Of a DNA stretch of 54,173 nucleotides, positions 47,440 through 54,173 are shown piece by piece. The position numbers and the translations under genes were made by a program. Numbering within the stretch: position 1 is the stretch's first letter; each line of letters opens with the position of its first letter. This DNA is from Eledone cirrhosa (taxonomy: Eukaryota): contig CAXHJY010000707.1 of assembly GCA_964016885.1 (NCBI GenBank), positions 1-54,173 of the forward strand, given 5' to 3'. Below the pieces are notes generated by a model, which ran no database searches, had not been told where the DNA came from, and saw only the letters and a program-made list of their open reading frames with translations.

Positions 47440-50380
47440 GACTGTGAGTAACTGTAAATAACTGTGAGTGACTATAAGTGACTGTGGGTGAGTGTGAATG
47501 ATTGTGAGAGACTGTGGTGACTGTGAGTGACTGTGGGTGAGTGTGGGTGACTATAAGTGACTGTGGGTGAGTGTGAATGATTGTGAGAGACTGTGGTGAC
47601 TGTGAGTGACTGTGGGTGAGTGTGGGTGACTATAAGTGACTGTGGGTGAGTGTGAATGATTGTGAGTGACTGTATTGACTGTAAGTGGTGTGGGCAACTG
47701 TGGGTGAGTGTGAATGATTGTGAGAGACTGTAGTGACTGTGGATGACTGTAAGTGACTGTGGGTGAGTGTGAAAGATTGCGAGTGACTGTAGTGACTGTG
47801 GGTGACTGTAAGTGACTGTGGGTGAGTGTGAATGATTGTGAGTGACTGTAGTGACTGTGGGTGACTATAAGTGATTGTGGGTGAGTGTGAATGACTGTGG
47901 GTGACTGTAAGTGATTGTGGGTGAATGTGAATGATTGTGAGTGACTGTAGTGACTGTGGGTGACTATAAGTTACTGTGGGTGAGTGTGAATGATTGTGAG
48001 TGACTGTAGTGACTGTAAGTGACTGTGGGTGAGTGTGAATGATTGTGAGTGACTGTAGTGACTGTAAGTGACTGTGGGTGAATGTGAATGATTGTGAGTG
48101 ACTGTAGTGACTGTGGGTGACTATAAGTTACTGTGGGTGAGTGTGAATGATTGTGAGTGACTGTAGTGACTGTAAGTGACTGTGGGTGAGTGTGAATGAT
48201 TGTGAGTGACTGTAGTGACTGTAAGTGACTGTGGTGACTGTAATGAATGTGGTGACTGTGGGTGACTGTGAATGATTGTGAGTGACTGTAGTGACTGTAA
48301 GTGACTGTGGGTGACTAAGTGACTGTGGGTGAGTGTGAATGATTGTGGATGACTGTAATGAATGTGAGTGACTGTAAGTGACTGTAAGTGACTGTGGGTG
48401 AATGTGAATGATTGTGAGAGATTGTGGTGACTGTGGGTGACTATAAGTGACTGTGGGTGAGTGTGAATGATTGTGAGTGACTGTAGTGACTGTAAGTGAC
48501 TGTGGGTGAGTGTGAATGATTGTGAGTGACTGTAGTGACTGTAAGTGACTGTGGGTGAATGTGAATGATTGTGAGAGATTGTGGTGACTGTGGGTGACTA
48601 TAAGTGACTGTGGGTGAGTGTGAATGATTGTGAGTGACTGTAGTGACTGTAAGTGGTGTGGGCAACTGTAATGAATGTGGTGACTGTGGGTGACTGTGAA
48701 TGATTGTGAGTGACTGTAGTGACTGTAAGTGACTGTGGGTGACTATAAGTGACTGTGGGTGAGTGTGAATGATTGTGAGTGACTGTGGGCGACTGTAAGT
48801 GACTGTGGGCAACTGTGGATGAGTGTGAATGATTGTGAGAGACTGAAGTGACTGTCGGTGACTGTAAGTGACTGTGGGTGGTGTGAATGATTGTGAGTGA
48901 CTGTAGTGAGTGTGGGTGACTGTATGTGACTGTGGGTGAGTGTGAATGACTGTGGGTGACTAAGTGACTGTGGATGTGTGTGAATGATTGTGAGTTAATG
49001 TAATGAATGTGGGTGACTATAAGTGATTGTGGGTGAGTGTGAATGATTGTGAGTGACTGTGGGCGACTGTAAGTGACTGTGAGCAACTGTGGGTGAGTGT
49101 GAATGATTGTGAGAGACTGTGGTGACTGTGGGTGACTGTAAGTGATTGTGGGTGAGTGTGAATGACTGTGGATGACTAAGTGACTGTGGGTGAGTGTGAA
49201 TGACTGTGGATGACTAAGTGACTGTGGGTGAGTGTGAATGACTGTGGGTGACTGTAAGTGACTGTGGCTGCGTGTAAATGATTGTGAGGGACTGTAGTGA
49301 CTGTGGGTGACTATAAGTGACTGTGGGTGAGTGTGAATGACTGTGGATGACTAAGTGACTGTGGGTGAGTGTGAATGACTGTGGGTGACTGTAAGTGACT
49401 GTGGCTGAGTGTGAATGACTGTGGGTGACTGTAAGTGACTGTGGGTGAATGTGAATGATTGTGAGTGACTGTAGTGACTGTGGTGACTGTAATGAATGTG
49501 GTGACTGTGGGTGACTGTGAATGATTGTGAGTGACTGTAGTGACTGTGGGTGACTATAAGTGACTGTGGGTGAGTGTGAATGATTGTGAGTGACTGTAGT
49601 GACTGTGGGTGAGTGTGAATGACTGTGGGTGACTGTAAGTGACTGTAGGTGAGTTTGAATGATTGTGAGTGACTGTAATGAATGTGGGTGACTGTAAGTG
49701 ACTGTGGGTGAGTGTGAATGATTGTGAGTGACTGTAGTGACTCTGGGTAACTATAAGTGACTGTGAGTAAATAATTGTGAGTGACTATAAGCAAATGTGG
49801 GTGATTATAAGTGATTGTGAGTGAGTGTAAATAATTATGAGTGATAGTAAATGATAGAGTGACTGTAAATAATTGTGAGTGACTGTAAATGATTGTGAGT
49901 GACTGTAAGTGATTGTGAGTGACTGTAAGTGATTTTGAGTTACTGTAAGTGATTGTGAGTGCTGTAAGAGATTGTGAGTGACTATAAATGACTGTGAGTG
50001 ACTGTAAGTGATTGTGAGTGGCTGTAAGTGATTGTGAGTGGCTGTCAGTGACTGTGAGTGGCTGTGAGTGGCTGTGAGTCGCTGCAAGTGGCTGTAAGTA
50101 ACTGTGTGACTATAAATGACTGTGAGTGGCTGTAAGTGACTGTGAATGGCTGTTAGTGATTGTGAGTGACTATAAATGACTGTGAGTGGCTGTAAGTGAC
50201 TGTGAATGGCTGTAAGTAACTGTGTGACTATAAATGACTGTGAGTGGCTGTAAGTGACTGTGAGTGGCTGTGAGTCACTGTGAATGGCTGTAAGTGACTG
50301 TGTGACTATAAATGACTTTGAGTGGCTGTGAATGACTGTGAGTGGCTGTAAATGATTGTGAGTGTAAATGACTAAGTGGC
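47440..50380. repeat. Compound minisatellite of ~10-bp GTGACTGT(G/A)(G/A) monomers with 48-58-bp higher-order units
   Basis: Seen directly. The recurring block GGGTGAGTGTGAATGATTGTGA defines the higher-order unit to ~49740, after which simpler GTGGCTGT/GTGATTGT 10-mers follow. Confidence 0.97.
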
Positions 50381-50637
50381 TGGGAATTTCCACAGGAAAC
50401 ACAGTGTGTATGACTGTGTATTACAGTGGTAATGATGGTAATGTAACTAGTGTGGTGGGGTTTATTGACTGTGGGTGATTGTATGGGGCACCATATGGGG
50501 CAAAGTGGAGGTAACAGCGTAAGGCACTGTGTATGGCATAGTGTGGGGCTCAGTGTGAGGAATAGTGTGGAGGACAGTATGGGGAATAATGTGGACCACA
50601 GTGTAGGGCAGAATCAGAAACAGAGTGGGGCACAATC

Positions 50638-50827
50638 TGAGAGAGAGAGAGAGGGGGGGGGGAGAGTGTGGTAAGAGAATGGAGAGATATTAGAGATGAG
50701 GTACAGAGAGAGAGAGACAGAGCAGAGAGAGTGGTGAAAGTAAAAGAAATAGAGAGAGAGAGAGAGAGAGAGAAAGCAGAGAGAGTAGTGAAAGTGATAG
50801 AGAGAGAGAGAGAGAAAGTAGTGAAAG

Positions 50828-50868
<41 letters not shown>

Positions 50869-51008
50869 CAAGAGAATAGAGAGGGTGATGGGAAGAGTGA
50901 GAGAGAGAATAGAGAGATATGGGAGATGAGATAGAGGGACAGAGAAAGAGTAGCATGAGTGGTGAGAGAAAGAGAGAGAGAGAGAGAGATGGAGAGAGAG
51001 ACAGACAC

Positions 51009-51060
<52 letters not shown>
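50638..51060. repeat. (GA)n-rich microsatellite tract
   Basis: Seen directly. Confidence 0.97.
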
Positions 51061-51605
51061 TGAGAGTATGTATGTATATGTATATTATATATATATATAT
51101 GTTTGTGTGTGTGATTCATGCAGATATATGCTGATAGGAAAAGATGTGCACATGGGTGTTTGCATGTATGTGTGTGTGAGTGTGTGCATGCAATACAGTT
51201 GTCTGCTAATAGAAAAAGATAAGAGAGAAAGAGAGTATGTGTGTGTGTGCCTATGTATGTGTGTGTGTTCAATATATACAGATGTCTGCTGATAGGAAAA
51301 GACAAGAGGAAGAATATGTTAAGGATGCAGTAAATGTTGATAAAATACAGCAAGATTGATAGAGTGGGATTTGGTGGTGGGGGGGTGTTATCTTTGTTTT
51401 TCTTCTGTATTTATTTATGTATTTATGTATTTCCAATCGACTCAGTAAGAGAAATTTGCATAGATTTAGTATTGACTAGTTGGGTGTTAATTAAGTGCAT
51501 CTTCTAATGGGATTTTTTTAAATTAGATATTATTGATCTGGAGACAGAGAATGACAGAGTCAGAGAGAGACAGAGGGGGGGGGGGGAGAGAGAGAGAGAC
51601 CTATT

Positions 51606-51835
51606 TAACCCTTTCATTATCATGTTACTAACGAAAAACATTTTCTGTAATTTTCAAATAATTTTGAAAATAATCAAAAGTTTGAAAGGATTTAACAAAA
51701 TATCTTTCTCTTTATCAAACTGGTATTTGGAACATAACTTAACAAAAGCTTTTAGATAAATATAAACACTTTAACCCTTTCATTACCATGTTTCTAATAG
51801 AACACTCCCAAGAATTTTTAAATCATTATTCAATC
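51606..51835 (-). mobile_element. Two partial family B MITE ends in tandem
   Basis: TTAACCCTTTCATTA(T/C)CATGTT at ~51605 and ~51771. Confidence 0.7.
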
Positions 51836-52304
51836 TGAAACAGTAGTTTTGAAGAAACTGTTGCTTCATGATCATCCTTATAATTGAGTATATGAGTATT
51901 TCACGTGCACGTGTGTGTGTGTGATTGTAGACACCTGACCATTTTTGCAGACCTCACCATTCTTTAGCAGAGGATGTCAATCCACTTAATGAAAACCCTT
52001 TATTTGCTTAGAATACATGAACCTTGAAAATAGTGTGTATGTGTTTGTTTGTAGGGACTTAGTGTGAATTTACTTTCGCCTTTGTATCACTATGTATTTT
52101 TCTCTAAATATATTTTTTTCAAATAATCCCATTCTTAAATCCATTGGCCAATGACCTCCAATCATCTCAATCACCACCTTCCCTTAAATGTATAAATACA
52201 CCATATCACATTGACAGTAGGCATTCCTGATGATTTCCCTCGAATGAAACAGTTTTAGTCCTGTTTAGCCATTTCTATATTATATATATATATATATAGA
52301 TAGT

Positions 52305-54173
52305 AGTAGGAAGTTTGCCAATGTTCTGCAATGGGAAGATCAGAGGCATGCGGTGTTCCACATTGCAAGGCAGTGTGTCAATGCAAATCAGGATGTTGTT
52401 GGAGATAAATGTGTCCGGAATGATGCCGGTGTACTTAGTGTCACAAATGATCAGAAAAAGGAGGCCTGGAAATGTCATTATGAGAGACTGATGTATGTGG
52501 AGAACGAATGGGAGAGAGAGAAATTACCCACAGTAGATCCGACAGAGGGACCAGCTATTGAGATTGACAAATATAGGGTCCAAAAGGCGATTAAGGAAAT
52601 GAAAAATGGTAAGGCTGCTGGACCATCGGGAATAGTTGCTGAGATGCTGAAGGCATCAGGGGACATAGGCACTAAACTGGTTGCACGCATCATCAATCAG
52701 GCTATATATGGTGGTGACATACCCAAACACTAGTGCAGCAGTATTCTCATAAATTGCTACAAAGGTAAAGGGGATGCTTTGGAGAGGAGCAATTATAGGG
52801 GTATAAAACTGATGGATTAGGTTATGAAAGTGGCAGAAAGGACATTAGCACAACTAATTAGAGAAAGGGTCAAACTAGATGAGATGCAGTTTGGTATTGT
52901 GCCTGGGAAGAGTACAACAGATGCCCTCTTCTTGGTGAGACAATTGCAAGAGAGGTTCTTAGAGAAAAATAAGCCACTATACTTAGCCTTTGTTGACCTA
53001 GAGAAGGCTTTGATAGGGTACCCCGATCTGTCATCTGGTGGTCCCTAAGGAAACTAGGTTTTGAGGAATGGCTTGTGAGGACAGTGCAAACTTTGTACAG
53101 AGGTACTGTCAGTAAAGTCAGGGTAGGAATGGAGTTTAGTGAGGAATTCCAGATACAGGTAGGAGTACATCAAGGTTCGGTCCTCAGCCTGCTCTTGTTC
53201 ATTATAGTCCTCCAAGCCATAACAGAGGAGTTTAAGACTGGCTGTCCATAGGAACTTCTCTATGCTGACGATCTGGTTCTTATAGCAGAATCAGTAGAGG
53301 AGCTAGAGAATAAATTCTGGCTATGGAAACAGCAGTTGGAAGCAAGAGGACTAAGAGTGAACCTAGCTAAGACAAAAGTGTTGATGAGTAGAAAAGAGGA
53401 CAAAACTCTGATTCCGTCAGGGAAATGGCCATGTTCGATATGCAGAAAACGAACTGGCATAAATTCTATAAAATGCACACAATGCAGATCCTGAGTACAC
53501 AGGAGATGTAGCGGGATAGCAGGTAAACTAACAGGTAGGGAGAAATATGTATGCAGTAGATGTACAGGGAAATTAGACAGTAGAAGTCGCATTGATAGAC
53601 ACATTTTTCAAATGCAGGCAGGTGCTATAGAAGTGGTGGATAGCTTCCGGTACCTAGGAGATCAGATTAGCATGGGAGGGGGGTGTTCCGAGGCTATAGT
53701 ATCTAGAATAAGGATGGGTTGGAAGAAGTTTAGGGAGCTGCCTCCTCTGCTGACGAAGAAGGGTTTCTCCCTGCGTACGAAAGGCCGGTTATATGATGCC
53801 TATGTGAGGAGCGCGATGCTGCATGGTAGTGAGACATGGGCAGCAACTGCAGAAGATATGCGACGGCTGGAGAGAAATGAGGCAAGGATGTGTAGTGTCA
53901 ATGTGCGTGAACGACTCAGCATGAATGTGTTGAGAGAGAAACTGTGTCTGAGAGGGATAGAATGTAGTGTACGGGAGAGGAGACTGAGATGGTAGGGACA
54001 TGTGATGCGCATGGAGGATGACCGATGGGTGAAGAAGTGCCAGGAAATGTCAGTTGAAGGAAGACATGGTAGAGGTAGACCACGAAAAACATGGGCGGAG
54101 GTGGTGAGAACAGACCTCAGATCGCTGAAGCTCACGGTGGAGATGATGAAGGACCGTGACAAGTGGAGAGATG
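52305..54173 (+). mobile_element. RTE-type LINE, 5'-truncated, runs off the window end
   Basis: KNGKAAGPSGI, NYRGIKL, QFGIVPGKSTTDA, FVDLEKA, LLYADDL, a Cys finger, FRYLG, MLHGSETW and GRPRKTW, with several stops and frameshifts. Related to 22730-24280. Confidence 0.94.

Noticed and set aside
48441-51353. Long His/Ser/Thr- and Leu/Ser-rich ORFs
   Set aside because: Translations of minisatellite and (GA)n tracts.

Overview
AT-rich, repeat-dense animal genomic DNA with no recognisable host protein-coding gene, rRNA, tRNA gene or CRISPR array. The SINE/RTE/Penelope/microsatellite landscape resembles a cephalopod (Octopus-like) genome; that is an inference from recalled repeat motifs, not a search. 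It is probably intronic or intergenic. Bases 1-13548 are a ~35-bp G-poor minisatellite and 47440-50380 a second GT-rich minisatellite. Between them lie decayed mobile elements: a 5'-truncated Tx1/L1 LINE, several RTE-type LINEs (one with a 5' inversion), a CR1-type fragment, two R4/Dong-type fragments in (TAA)n, a mariner, a hAT foldback bounded by two 3' ends, TTAA-flanked MITEs and SINEs. The main signal outside the ORF track is a cluster of type I hammerhead ribozyme motifs typical of Penelope-like pseudo-LTRs: five with complete cores and about five decayed. They include a near-perfect one at 17242-17312 (-) and a 144-bp palindrome at 19248-19391 with a hammerhead on each strand. A possible HDV-like ribozyme relic sits at the 5' end of a short RTE derivative. 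All structures were folded by eye and most element boundaries are approximate.
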